In this document: positions 1 through 9,038 of the stretch, in pieces | How positions within the stretch are numbered: the first letter of the stretch is position 1 | How the letters are laid out: each line of letters opens with the position of its first letter | Assembly (NCBI RefSeq): GCF_900079115.1 | Contig: NZ_LT549890.1 | Coordinates: 1,710,001-1,742,000 of the forward strand | DNA length: 32,000 nt | Direction of reading: 5' to 3' | Origin: Saccharolobus solfataricus | GTDB lineage: Archaea; Thermoproteota; Thermoprotei_A; Sulfolobales; Sulfolobaceae | Made by a program: the position numbers and the translations under genes | The notes under the pieces: model-generated | The model's input: the letters and a program-made list of their open reading frames with translations, nothing else | The model's database searches: none | Told to the model about the DNA's origin: nothing

Positions 1-624
1 ATAAACGAATATTGCTCTAGTCTCAGCGTCCTTTGATAGGTAATTGATGACTTCATATTCCTTCACATCAGCTTGATTGCCTAAACTCACCATATAGCTT
101 ATCCCTATCCGATACTTCTGAGCCCAGTTCAACATATAAACTCCTAGCCCACCGCTTTGAACCACTAAACCTACATTTCCTCTCTTTACGTCGGTGTAAG
201 TAAAGGTCGCATTAAATTCCGGTGTAATAATTCCAAAGGTGTTTGGTCCTAAAACCCTAATCCCTCCTTTTCGTGCGATACTTATTACCTCGTTTTCCAA
301 TTTTTCCTCGCCAACTTCCCTAAATCCGGCAGTAATTACTATGGAAGCTTTCACTCCTTTTTCTACAAATTCTTCCATTGTTTGAGGAACAACTTCTCTG
401 GGAACAGCAATTACGCCTAAATCAATATCATCAGGGATTTCCTTTACGCTTTTGTAAGCCTTTACTCCCTCAACGTCTTCCGCTTTGGTATTAATTGGAT
501 ATAATTTACCTTGAAATGTAGAGAGCAAATTTCTAAATATAACGTTTCCAACTTTCTCCTTATGCCTTGAGGCACCAACAACTGCAATGCTCCTAGGCTT
601 AAACAAGTAGTTTAATTCGTCCAT
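1..624 (-). CDS. NDP-forming acyl/acetyl-CoA synthetase-like protein, N-terminal CoA-binding part (C-terminus outside window)
   Basis: Not in the ORF track because it runs off the edge. Own translation from ATG 624-622: MDELNYLFKPRSIAVVGASRHKEKVGNVIFRNLLSTFQGKLYPINTKAEDVEGVKAYKSVKEIPDDIDLGVIAVPREVV...IVITAGFREVGEEK...GIRVLGPNTFGII...GLVVQSGGLG. The frame is open to base 1. The pattern is typical of CoA-binding / succinyl-CoA-ligase-like domains. Confidence 0.7.
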   Translation of the reverse strand, partial: MDELNYLFKPRSIAVVGASRHKEKVGNVIFRNLLSTFQGKLYPINTKAEDVEGVKAYKSVKEIPDDIDLGVIAVPREVVPQTMEEFVEKGVKASIVITAGFREVGEEKLENEVISIARKGGIRVLGPNTFGIITPEFNATFTYTDVKRGNVGLVVQSGGLGVYMLNWAQKYRIGISYMVSLGNQADVKEYEVINYLSKDAETRAIFVY

Positions 625-671
625 ACTATCCCTTTATCACCTCTTTTCTTATATATCTTTTTAGTATTTGC

Positions 672-885
672 AAGTGTAGGGAACAATTTCATGCATTTGA
701 AATTTAGTTTAAATTCCTCTAAACCTCTTTCGTCAAATGCTTCAATTGTGTAGCAAAGTTTCTGAAAAAGGGTTTAAAAATCGTAACATCTTCTCCTTAT
801 CAACATCTAAATCATATGTTGAGTTGAAGATAAACGGATACTTTATACAATTTATGCTAAATAAACAAAACTGTTATCAATACTT
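672..885 (-). mobile_element. 214-bp MITE, copy A (same family as 6641..6994 and 10806..11019)
   Basis: The reverse complement aligns by eye along its length with copies B and C (ttgataacagttttgtt...gtatccgtttatcttcaactcaac...gaggaatttaaactaaatttcaaatg). It is flanked by the direct repeat gtatttg at 664-670 and 886-892. It is intergenic and has no ORF. Confidence 0.65.
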
Positions 886-970
886 GTATTTGTTGAATTG
901 AAGCGATTCACTTGTTATAACTATCTCTCAAGTAAAAAGGGTAAAAATAGGAAAGAAAAAATATTATCTT

Positions 971-1600
971 TTATGGAGGATGTGCAAGATGAGCTGGGAT
1001 AGTCTCAACTGCAATGAACGCACCTATAATCCCTGCAATTATAACAAATATCCAGAATAGTATGAAGAATGCGTACATCCATCCTTCTAGCTTTGGATCC
1101 TTAACTCCTTGTTGATCTCTAAGTCTGTCCAACGCTAAGGTTACTGGGTATCCTAGAATACCAGCTATTCCATAAGTAGTGTATAGGGCTAATAGTGCTA
1201 ACGGTTCTTTAGTTAGTCCCAAGTTATAGCCTGAAGCACCATAGTATATAGTTATTAAGCCTACGAATAAGGCGAAAATTCCAGTACTCTGTAATCTCTT
1301 TCCCATGTATACGGTAACTGAATAGGAAAGGATCGTAATGCCCAGCAATAAGTACACGTCATAAAACAATATGTTATAGCTCCCTGGTAAAGTCCAAGAG
1401 AATTCCCCCCATAAGCTCAGTATTATAATTATCGTACCAAGAATTGCAGCCGGAAGTATTGAGTCATCAAGACTTCTCTTTATTGCCTCATAACCAGTCT
1501 TTCTAAATCCTATGAAAGCTTGAACTGTAGTATAAGCTATTAACACTGATACTAACGGTAATATAAATAACATTAAACCCAAGTTATCAATGAAAACCAT
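971..1600 (-). CDS. polytopic integral membrane protein, function unknown
   Basis: 209-aa ORF with about 6 hydrophobic segments and Sulfolobus-like codon usage. No catalytic motif recognised. Confidence 0.65.
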   Translation of the reverse strand: MVFIDNLGLMLFILPLVSVLIAYTTVQAFIGFRKTGYEAIKRSLDDSILPAAILGTIIIILSLWGEFSWTLPGSYNILFYDVYLLLGITILSYSVTVYMGKRLQSTGIFALFVGLITIYYGASGYNLGLTKEPLALLALYTTYGIAGILGYPVTLALDRLRDQQGVKDPKLEGWMYAFFILFWIFVIIAGIIGAFIAVETIPAHLAHPP

Positions 1601-1876
1601 TTAATCACCAAATATATACTTATCATGGTAAATATATATAGATGATATGTCTAAACATAAACAAAAGTTAAAATTTTTACACACGAGGTAGATTCAGTTA
1701 TCCATTGCGAATTCACTTTATTTCAAAGGTTGTTACGAAATTAACTAAACGAAGACGACTAATTAGCAGAGAAACACGATTGCCAATATTAACATTTTTA
1801 CAACCGCATTATTTACAAATTACAATTCACAAAGGAGACCCGAATAGCTCTCTAGCCACCTCTATTCTTGCAAAAT

Positions 1877-2575
1877 CTACTCCTTAGGAAATCCCACTAC
1901 GAAATAGAATAAATTTAACGCCCTTTCCTCATATACTTTGATGTCAATATATTTTTCGAAAATCCTTTTATGTTGAGAATTGGTGGGGACTCTCTCGTAA
2001 ATATAATAAATATATTTGAAATCCCTCGCCTTAGCTCCTCCTAAGACTGCTATGTATGGCATAATATACTTTAGATATATACTCAAGTAAATCCTCCTTA
2101 CCCAACTGTCAGGTTTCCCCATAGCTATAAATCCCACAATTTTTCTTGAAACTCTGGTGATCTCCCTTATTACATCCTCTATATTGTCAGATGCGTGTAA
2201 GGCAAAGCTACTCATTACAATATCGAATGTCTTTTCTCTAAACGGCAGTGCATCAAATGAGCAAAGTACCTTATCGTCTTTGATTAGCGCCATTTTAAGC
2301 ATGTTTTCAGCATAATCCGATAGTATAATCTCGTAATTAGAGTTATCTTTGTAAATTTTCTTAAACGTATATGAGAGTTCGCCTTTTCCACTTGCGACGT
2401 CTAAGATTAGCTTTGGTCTCTTACAGTACTTCAGTATGGTCTTAACGAGATCTGCCCTCCATTTCACATCTTGATTAAAGGAAATAAACCTATTAGCCCT
2501 ATCATAAGCTTTCGGTATATCGTTGTAAACTTGTTGCAGTTCTTCGTTTGTCGCCTTAATGGCTTTATTGGTCAT
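1877..2575 (-). CDS. UbiE/COQ5-family SAM-dependent methyltransferase
   Basis: 232 aa. Family hallmark [18 protein letters not shown] near the N-terminus and SAM motif [10 protein letters not shown]. Confidence 0.75.
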   Translation of the reverse strand: MTNKAIKATNEELQQVYNDIPKAYDRANRFISFNQDVKWRADLVKTILKYCKRPKLILDVASGKGELSYTFKKIYKDNSNYEIILSDYAENMLKMALIKDDKVLCSFDALPFREKTFDIVMSSFALHASDNIEDVIREITRVSRKIVGFIAMGKPDSWVRRIYLSIYLKYIMPYIAVLGGAKARDFKYIYYIYERVPTNSQHKRIFEKYIDIKVYEERALNLFYFVVGFPKE

Positions 2576-2817
2576 TTCACTGGTTATTAAAAAAAGAACC
2601 TATTAAATTTTTTCGGTTATATTAAAGTTGAGTTTATTTGACTACAGAGTTTTATTTTCATTATTACGTATTAGATTATCTGGGATGAACTGATTGTGTT
2701 TAAAGTATAGAGATTCAGTTAAAACATATCTACTAATTTACTAAATTAAAGTTTTTCCACAATAATTCTCAACAATTTGGCATAAAATTTAATAATTATC
2801 GTTACTAACATTTACAT

Positions 2818-3351
2818 ATGGGGAATACTGAAATAATAGATAGAGCTAAAAGTAAATTAGAGCGATTTCTCGGATTTTCCTTTCCAACTCCGCTCGTAAT
2901 CGAGACCAGTATTCCCTTTTATGGATCCTATAGATACGATGTAGTGATAATAGGCTACTTTGATAATGATGAAGATGCGTTGGAGAGAACATTAATACAC
3001 GAATTAGCTCATTTCGTTCAAGATAAGATCTGTAAACCTAAGTTCCCTTATCTCCACATGTTAATTGAGGCTATTCCTTTAGCTTTCGGAATAGGAAAGG
3101 GGAAACTATTAAGGTATTTCCAATTTGTTGAGGGTTTCGCCACATGGATTGACGAGGAGATTATGGGTTATAGGGGAGATGAATACTGGTTTTCAGTACC
3201 AAAATATTACTTCAAGGTATATTATAAAGGAGCTGAAATATTTAGAAAAATGGGAAAGGAGAAAGCCATAGAATTCGGATTAACTAATAGGGAGTTCTGT
3301 AAGGAACCGCAAAGATACAAATCATTAAGAACTATCACCATCTCAAATTGA
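2818..3351 (+). CDS. hypothetical protein with HExxH metalloprotease-like motif
   Basis: 177 aa. LIHELAHFVQD is the only recognisable motif. It lies 33 nt upstream of the FtsX-like permease on the same strand. Confidence 0.5.
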   Translation: MGNTEIIDRAKSKLERFLGFSFPTPLVIETSIPFYGSYRYDVVIIGYFDNDEDALERTLIHELAHFVQDKICKPKFPYLHMLIEAIPLAFGIGKGKLLRYFQFVEGFATWIDEEIMGYRGDEYWFSVPKYYFKVYYKGAEIFRKMGKEKAIEFGLTNREFCKEPQRYKSLRTITISN

Positions 3352-3384
3352 TAGACTTTTAATGTCATAGACTTTAAATGCTTT

Positions 3385-4572
3385 ATGAATGGTGTAGATA
3401 TTTTATGGCTTGCTTATAAAGGTTTAATGGCAAGGAAAACTTTAGCCATAATATCTATAATAGCTATCATGATCGGTATTACAAGTGTTTCCTTTATCGA
3501 GGCTTTTAGTCAAGGAGTAGAACGGTCAGTAATTTCTACACTTTTTCAACTTAATCCTACAAACATTTACGTTTTTAACGAGATAGGTTATGTATCTCCT
3601 ACGGACGTATCACTCATGAGTTCATTGCCCGGGATAGATGCAGTATATCCAGTGATTGAAGCCCATGGAGTAGTTCAAATAGGGGGGAGGGTTATTAATG
3701 TTTTAGTAGTAGGTGTGGATAATATATCGTCATTGCTAGGAAAAGTAGAACTTGAGAACGGTACGGTATATCCTCCAGTGACAGTACCATACGCAGTAAT
3801 AGGGCATGATATAGCCCATCCTATACCAAACGTAACCGTTCAGCCTGGTTCCACTATAATTCTAAAACTCTCTAATGGAAATGCTTTACCATTAACAGTA
3901 TATGGAATTTTGCGCCCAACCCAGTCTGTTGTAATAGGTGACACTTCCGATGTTATTTTCATTCCATTAGGTGAGGCTAAGGCATTGATAAATCCTCCCG
4001 GCTATTTTCTAGTAGTATTGCAAGGTAGTAGTATAAGTGAAGTTAATACAATTACCACTCTGTTAAACTATATTTACGGCAATTCATTAACAGTAACCAC
4101 AATACAACAAGCAATATCCTCTGTTCAAGTTATAATAACCAGCTTCTCGTTCCTAGTAATATTAATAGGGTCTATCTCATTATTTGTTGGTGCTGTTGGA
4201 ATAATGGGAATAACCCTAGCTAGAGTCTATCAGAGGACTAGGGAAATAGGAATAATGAAAACTGTAGGATTAACCACTAGGCAAGTCTTATTAGTCTTCC
4301 TATTAGAAGCGTTAATTGTGGGAGTAATAGGTGGGATAGTGGGGTTAACGTTAACTATAATGGGAACGTATATAATGGACATAAATGGTATACCATTTAA
4401 TGCAGGATCCAGTAATGGTTCAAATCTAATTGTGGTCATACGTCCGTTTCTCTCAATGTCCGATGTCGCAATATCAATCCTAATAGCCCTAGTGACAAGC
4501 ATTATAGCTGGGATATATCCGGCGTGGAAAGCATCGAAATTGACCGTTATAGAAGCGGTAAGAAAAGATTAG
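3385..4572 (+). CDS. ABC-transporter permease, FtsX/MacB-like (large extracytoplasmic domain plus C-terminal FtsX 4-TM module)
   Basis: 395 aa. N-terminal TM helix, soluble domain of about 230 aa, then 3 TM helices with ...REIGIMKTVGLT...LLEALIVG...YPAWKASKL, typical of the FtsX family. Confidence 0.8.
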   Translation: MNGVDILWLAYKGLMARKTLAIISIIAIMIGITSVSFIEAFSQGVERSVISTLFQLNPTNIYVFNEIGYVSPTDVSLMSSLPGIDAVYPVIEAHGVVQIGGRVINVLVVGVDNISSLLGKVELENGTVYPPVTVPYAVIGHDIAHPIPNVTVQPGSTIILKLSNGNALPLTVYGILRPTQSVVIGDTSDVIFIPLGEAKALINPPGYFLVVLQGSSISEVNTITTLLNYIYGNSLTVTTIQQAISSVQVIITSFSFLVILIGSISLFVGAVGIMGITLARVYQRTREIGIMKTVGLTTRQVLLVFLLEALIVGVIGGIVGLTLTIMGTYIMDINGIPFNAGSSNGSNLIVVIRPFLSMSDVAISILIALVTSIIAGIYPAWKASKLTVIEAVRKD

Positions 4573-5763
4573 TTATTCTTGGTATAATCCATAACCAGTA
4601 TACAACTTACCATCTTTAATGACATATGAGACATTATTAGGTTTCAAGTTCTCAATATCTCTAGTGGGGTCATCCTTTAATACTATTAAGTCAGCCTTAT
4701 ATCCTTCCCTTATGTAACCCACCTTGACACCAAGACATTCTGAAGCTATTGATGTTGATGCTCTTAGTACTTCTAAATTACTCATATATCTAGATAGGAG
4801 AACGGACTCTCTATAATTCTGTCCATGAGGTCTTTTCTTAGATCCCACATAATCCGTACCGGTAGCTATTTTCACCCCGTGGGAAACAGCAATCCTAATG
4901 TCCTCACTAAAATGTCTCTTGACAAGCTCTTCTCTGTAAATCCTAACCTCAGGATCCCTTACCTCAAATGGTACTTCATAAGTAGCTAATGTTGGAATAT
5001 AGCAAATTCCCCTCTCTTTAATCATACTTGCAGTCTCATCGTCTAACCCTAAACCGTGTTCTATTGTATCCACACCAGCTAGAATGGAGTTCATAATTGC
5101 CTCTTTTCCATAGGCATGAGATGCGACTTTTAAACCAAATCTGTGAGATTCGTCAACTATAGCCTTGAGCTCATCCAATGCAAATCCAGGCAGAATTTTT
5201 CCACCTTGGGAAAAGGCTCCAGACGCGTAAACTTTTATTACCCTAGCCCCTTGTCTAATTGCCATTCTCACAGCTTTTCTACACTCATAAGGAGAATCAC
5301 AGTAAAATGAATATGAGAGCCTCTGCGCAATATCTATTGGCAAATCCTTTGGATCATCATTACCGCCAGTGATTGCTAAAGAGTATCCAGAGGCAATGAC
5401 GGTCGGTCCCAATATCTCTCCCCTTCTCTGAAGGTAATCTAGCCTTACAGCAACCTTACTTCCTAAATCCCTAACTAGAGTGAACCCGGAACGTAGCAGT
5501 CTCTCCATGTCTCTAGTACTCCTTATTGCTACATCAATTTCGTTTACTATATTCCAGGAAAGGACGTTATCCTCTTCAACTCCGAAGAAATGCAAATGGG
5601 CATCAACTAAACCAGGCATTATGAAATTAGCTTGAATTACTTCACTTCCTTGCGGGATATCAATTCCTTCACTAACTCTTTCGATTTTATCATTCTCTAT
5701 AACTACAGTACCTTGTTCAATAATTTTTTCTCCGTCGAATATTTTCCCTACGAGAGTTATCAT
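4573..5763 (-). CDS. metal-dependent amidohydrolase family protein
   Basis: 396 aa. HxH metal motif (VDAHLHFFG), later His residues (VASHAYG, IEHG) and Asp (TGTDY) in the order typical of the amidohydrolase superfamily. Confidence 0.8.
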   Translation of the reverse strand: MITLVGKIFDGEKIIEQGTVVIENDKIERVSEGIDIPQGSEVIQANFIMPGLVDAHLHFFGVEEDNVLSWNIVNEIDVAIRSTRDMERLLRSGFTLVRDLGSKVAVRLDYLQRRGEILGPTVIASGYSLAITGGNDDPKDLPIDIAQRLSYSFYCDSPYECRKAVRMAIRQGARVIKVYASGAFSQGGKILPGFALDELKAIVDESHRFGLKVASHAYGKEAIMNSILAGVDTIEHGLGLDDETASMIKERGICYIPTLATYEVPFEVRDPEVRIYREELVKRHFSEDIRIAVSHGVKIATGTDYVGSKKRPHGQNYRESVLLSRYMSNLEVLRASTSIASECLGVKVGYIREGYKADLIVLKDDPTRDIENLKPNNVSYVIKDGKLYTGYGLYQE

Positions 5764-5822
5764 CTTGTTAAAATAAGAGATGAAAGTATAAAAGTCATTA
5801 CATAAAAAAAGATATAGTTTAT

Positions 5823-6422
5823 CTAGTGTCTTAGATCGACTTCTGCAATACCATTCATAGCTGCTTTCATTACCTTTTCGTGATCTTCTGGTGAGGGACT
5901 TGGTACAACTATGTGAATGGCCTCCATATAAGTATCAGCTTTGACTCCTCTCTTAATACCTCTAGGTACTATTACGATCGAACCCTCATGCACTTCATAT
6001 TCCCTATTGTCTACGCTAACTTTTCCTTGACCTTGTAATACGTAAAAGATCAGATCTGAATCTGGTGCATGTATTGGGATATATTGTCCAGGCTTAAAAA
6101 AGACTAGAATAACACCATATTCATCTTTCCTAAGCACCGGAATTGGAGTAAAGACGTCTCCAGTCTTTCTAAATTCAGAGATATGCGAAATTATCGCTTT
6201 ATTAGTACTTCCCTTCTTTTTTGTAAGCTTTAAGACGAAATCACCATTCGCAGTTTCTTCAACCTTATACTTCTCAATATAGCCGGATAATAGTTGTATT
6301 AAATGAGATGGATAGTGGTCAGCTATTACTGTTAGTTCCTCTCCTTCTTTTAACTTACTGAAGCTTTCTAACACTAACTTATGTCTATATTCTGGTTGTA
6401 TGGGTCTCAGATCTAATTCCAT
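5823..6422 (-). CDS. DUF2249-like N-terminal domain fused to a cupin domain
   Basis: 199 aa. The N-terminus LDLRPIQPEYRHKLVLESFSKLKEGEELTVIADHYPSHL resembles DUF2249. The C-terminus has a cupin-like beta-barrel pattern (IPIHAPDSDLIFYVLQGQGKV...EGSIVIVPRGIKRG). Confidence 0.6.
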   Translation of the reverse strand: MELDLRPIQPEYRHKLVLESFSKLKEGEELTVIADHYPSHLIQLLSGYIEKYKVEETANGDFVLKLTKKKGSTNKAIISHISEFRKTGDVFTPIPVLRKDEYGVILVFFKPGQYIPIHAPDSDLIFYVLQGQGKVSVDNREYEVHEGSIVIVPRGIKRGVKADTYMEAIHIVVPSPSPEDHEKVMKAAMNGIAEVDLRH

Positions 6423-6640
6423 GGGATAGTGTATTATCTTATGTTATAAAAAATGGTGCACTAAAGTATTAGGGTTACTACGTTTTTAGAATACCTTCTC
6501 ATAACTGCGAATAGATTCAGAGGTATGTTATCAAGTGATAGAAGGCATTTAAAGTTAAGGATAAAGGCGTATTTGGTGTAAGTTTAAGTAAAGGATCGCA
6601 TTTCAGTAGAGTTCTCTAAATTCCTTTATCGATAAGGGAT

Positions 6641-6994
6641 AAGTGTTGATAACAGTTTTGTTAGTTTAGTATAAAATCACATAAAGTATCCGTTTATCTT
6701 CAATTCAACAGATGATTCAGATGCTGGAAAAAAGAAGATGCTGTAATTTTTTAACTGTCTCCAAAAATTTTTGTTGTCCAATTAAAGCAGTTGGCTAGAT
6801 TGTGCTTTGTTGAATACTTCGATTTTCTAAGATGTTAAGCTCATCAATTTTTCTTAAATCCGAAATCAAGCCTTGATTTAAAAATAAACTCCACGTTAAC
6901 TCAGATAAAAATTGAAGAGATCCACAAAGCAGCTAGATTGGTATTAGGTGATTTTTAACTAAGTTTCAAATAAATGAAATTATTGTCCACTCTC
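6641..6994 (+). mobile_element. 214-bp-family MITE, copy B, carrying a nested 130-bp MITE
   Basis: Both ends align with copies A and C. The length minus the insert (130 bp) and its 8-bp duplication is about 216 bp. Its own target duplication is not clear (only ataag is shared). Confidence 0.6.
6802..6931. mobile_element. 130-bp MITE with ISC1058-type termini nested inside MITE copy B
   Basis: Termini are gtgctttgttgaata... and ...gatccacaaagca (inverted). A perfect 8-bp direct repeat gctagatt lies at 6794-6801 and 6932-6939. Copies A and C are uninterrupted at this point. Confidence 0.7.
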
Positions 6995-7145
6995 TCATAA
7001 GATTTCACGATATTTAACATCAATCCTCAGCCCTTAGGCTTTACCAAAGTCGCGGAAGAACCCGTTCATCCTTCAACCCCCTTATTTTTGTATCAACTTA
7101 TATGTTAGGTCTTCATTTTATATTATGAAGAAGAGGTAATTTCTT

Positions 7146-7391
7146 GTGATGATAAGGTATATAATTGACACTAGAGTTTTAGAACTCCCCCATTACGAGA
7201 TAATTGAAAGGAAGATTGACGAGATAAGAGAGAGTGAAGGTATAGTAATAATTTCAGAGGTTGATCCAATTAGAGTACTTGCAAGGTTAAAAATTCAGAA
7301 AAAGGTTGACATTATAGTAAGACTCATACATAAAAATAATCAAGAAGAAAAGAAGTGGATAATATATTTGATTAAGTCTTCTTACCGCTAG
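7146..7391 (+). CDS. small DUF2249-like protein
   Basis: 81 aa starting at GTG. IDTRVLELPHYEIIERKIDEIRESEGIVIISEVDPIRVL aligns by eye with the N-terminal domain of the 5823..6422 product. Confidence 0.4.
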   Translation: MMIRYIIDTRVLELPHYEIIERKIDEIRESEGIVIISEVDPIRVLARLKIQKKVDIIVRLIHKNNQEEKKWIIYLIKSSYR

Positions 7392-7716
7392 TAAGTGCTA
7401 GGATTCCAGCGATCAACAATAGGATAAATGATATTACTCCGATCAATCCCATTGCAGGTATCGAAAGTACCGAGGCCAAAATTAATAATACGCCAGCTAC
7501 TGTTTTATCTGAAATTAATGAGCCAACAATACCCAAAACAAACGCAGGTATTACCAAAAATCCCATAAAGCCAAAGAACATCATTCCTCTACCCATCATT
7601 CCGTATCCATTAGCGCCCATCATCCCATAACCTGGATAGTAGAAAGCGAAAGGAATAGCTATTCCAACAATTAGAAGTAAGGAGCCAATTAATCCCAAAA
7701 TCTGATAATTTTCCAT
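7372..7716 (-). CDS. small membrane protein with Gly/Met-rich loop
   Basis: 114 aa with 3-4 TM segments and the loop GYGMMGANGYGMMGRGMMFFGFMG. It starts 3 nt after the stop of the C-terminal cupredoxin fragment, so the two were probably co-transcribed originally. Confidence 0.65.
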   Translation of the reverse strand: MENYQILGLIGSLLLIVGIAIPFAFYYPGYGMMGANGYGMMGRGMMFFGFMGFLVIPAFVLGIVGSLISDKTVAGVLLILASVLSIPAMGLIGVISFILLLIAGILALTSGKKT

Positions 7717-7719
7717 TTT

Positions 7720-7806
7720 CTACACCACTATTATTTTTCCGTACATTCCCATTTCAGCGTGTCCTGGATATTCACAAACATAATAATATACAGCTGGCTG
7801 GCTGAA
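7720..7806 (-). pseudogene. C-terminal fragment of IS-disrupted sulfocyanin-like cupredoxin
   Basis: Own translation: FSQPAVYYYVCEYPGHAEMGMYGKIIVV*. It contains the type-1 copper loop C-x3-H-x4-M. Confidence 0.8.
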
Positions 7807-7809
7807 CGT

Positions 7810-9037
7810 GAGAGTGTCCGGAATGTAATTATCTGAACGAATAGATAAACAGAATGATAAATATTAATATTGCCAGAAGGGTGAAACCCGGATAACCGAG
7901 AAAAACTTTATAATGGAAAAATATCAAGACGAGAGGATTTACCTATCGCGCATAGCGTTGCCTGATCGCGAGGAGGCGCGTCTCAGAGCTGAACGGCTCT
8001 ACGTCCTGGAGGAGTCCTCCGTTGGATCGCGAGGAACATCTTGATGTTGTAGATCACTCCCAGGACGTGAAGGAAGACGTCGTTCCTCCAGGTCGTGGTC
8101 CCGTAGGGCCTCCAGAACGCGTTCAGGTAGGTGCCGAAGAACTCCACGTGGGCCCTCAGGGTAGTGAAGGGCTTCTCCCGCGCTATGAGCTGTGTCGGGG
8201 AGGGAGAGAATCCCCTGTCCGCGATCTTAATCCCCTTGAGCGGTGACTTGAACCTCTTGTCCGAGAAGTTGGCTGGCTTCACCGTGATGGACCTCACGAA
8301 GAGGGAGACGGAGATCACGGCCACTGCCTTGAGCCCGTAGTGCGAGACCCCTCTCTTCTTGGTCCACCTTCCCTCGAACCTCCTCTTGGTTCTCCCCAGG
8401 GAGAGCAGCTTCCTGGCCCTCTCCAGGTTACCTTCCCTCCTCTCCAGCTCCGCCTTCTCCCGAAAGGTCTCCACGCTCCTCTTCCCAGGAGGTAAGTCCA
8501 GTAGGAAGGAGTCCACTAGCCACGCCATGAAGTCCACGAGATGCGCGCTCGCAGGGAGGTAACTGGGTAGGCACTTCTCCTCAAGCTTGAAGGAAATCTC
8601 CAACAACTTCTTCCTCACCCCGTACAACCTGCCCACGAAGTCGTGCAGCGTGCTCTTCCCCACCTTCCTCCCCACGAACCAGGCCACGACCACGTTCACG
8701 TTGACCATTTTCACCGCGTCCCTATAGGAGCAAGAGTAGAGCACCATGACGATTAACAACTTCAGGTAAACCAGCGCACCCTCGCCCAGAACCCTCTCCA
8801 AATCCATGGTGTCCAGCACGGGCTTGATCTCCGTTAACCATTTTTCCCTCCACGGCATATCCTCTATTGGGGGAAGAGGGTAGTACATCAGGTTTGGTAT
8901 GTGTCTTAATGTTCTTGCCATGGTACTACCCTCTACTCCCATAACTTAAGTGTTACTCCAATTTAATCCAAGATAATACTAGAAACCAATTTATTCTTGC
9001 CAATAAAAATTCAATTTTTTACATTCCGGACACTCTC
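7810..9037 (-). mobile_element. IS element, 1228 bp between duplications (ISC1225/1229/1234 size class, IS4/IS5-like DDE transposase)
   Basis: Perfect 17-bp terminal inverted repeats gagagtgtccggaatgt (7810-7826) and acattccggacactctc (9021-9037). Flanking acgt at 7806-7809 and 9038-9041. GC-rich relative to the flanks. Carries a single transposase ORF. Confidence 0.85.
7983..8942 (-). CDS. IS transposase (DDE type)
   Basis: 319-aa ORF filling the IS, with GC-rich codon usage unlike neighbouring genes. Family not assigned from sequence. Confidence 0.75.
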   Translation of the reverse strand: MGVEGSTMARTLRHIPNLMYYPLPPIEDMPWREKWLTEIKPVLDTMDLERVLGEGALVYLKLLIVMVLYSCSYRDAVKMVNVNVVVAWFVGRKVGKSTLHDFVGRLYGVRKKLLEISFKLEEKCLPSYLPASAHLVDFMAWLVDSFLLDLPPGKRSVETFREKAELERREGNLERARKLLSLGRTKRRFEGRWTKKRGVSHYGLKAVAVISVSLFVRSITVKPANFSDKRFKSPLKGIKIADRGFSPSPTQLIAREKPFTTLRAHVEFFGTYLNAFWRPYGTTTWRNDVFLHVLGVIYNIKMFLAIQRRTPPGRRAVQL

Positions 9038-9038
9038 A

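Noticed and set aside
1705-1887. 60-aa ORF in the intergenic region between the membrane protein and the methyltransferase
   Set aside because: Basic, low-complexity product with no motif. It overlaps the 3' end of the methyltransferase gene and sits in an AT-rich promoter/terminator region, so it is most likely spurious.
7021-7080. Locally GC-rich patch (cctcagcccttaggctttaccaaagtcgcggaagaacccgttcatccttcaaccccc), examined as a possible tRNA or tRNA fragment / integration site
   Set aside because: I found no acceptor or T-arm complementarity, no GTTCRANYC-like T-loop and no ORF in any frame. Its origin is unknown and the evidence is insufficient to call a feature.
8022-8562. Three plus-strand ORFs (74, 69 and 67 aa) inside the 1.23-kb IS
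   Set aside because: They are antisense to the transposase ORF and give Pro/Arg/Ser-rich low-complexity products, so they are shadow ORFs.
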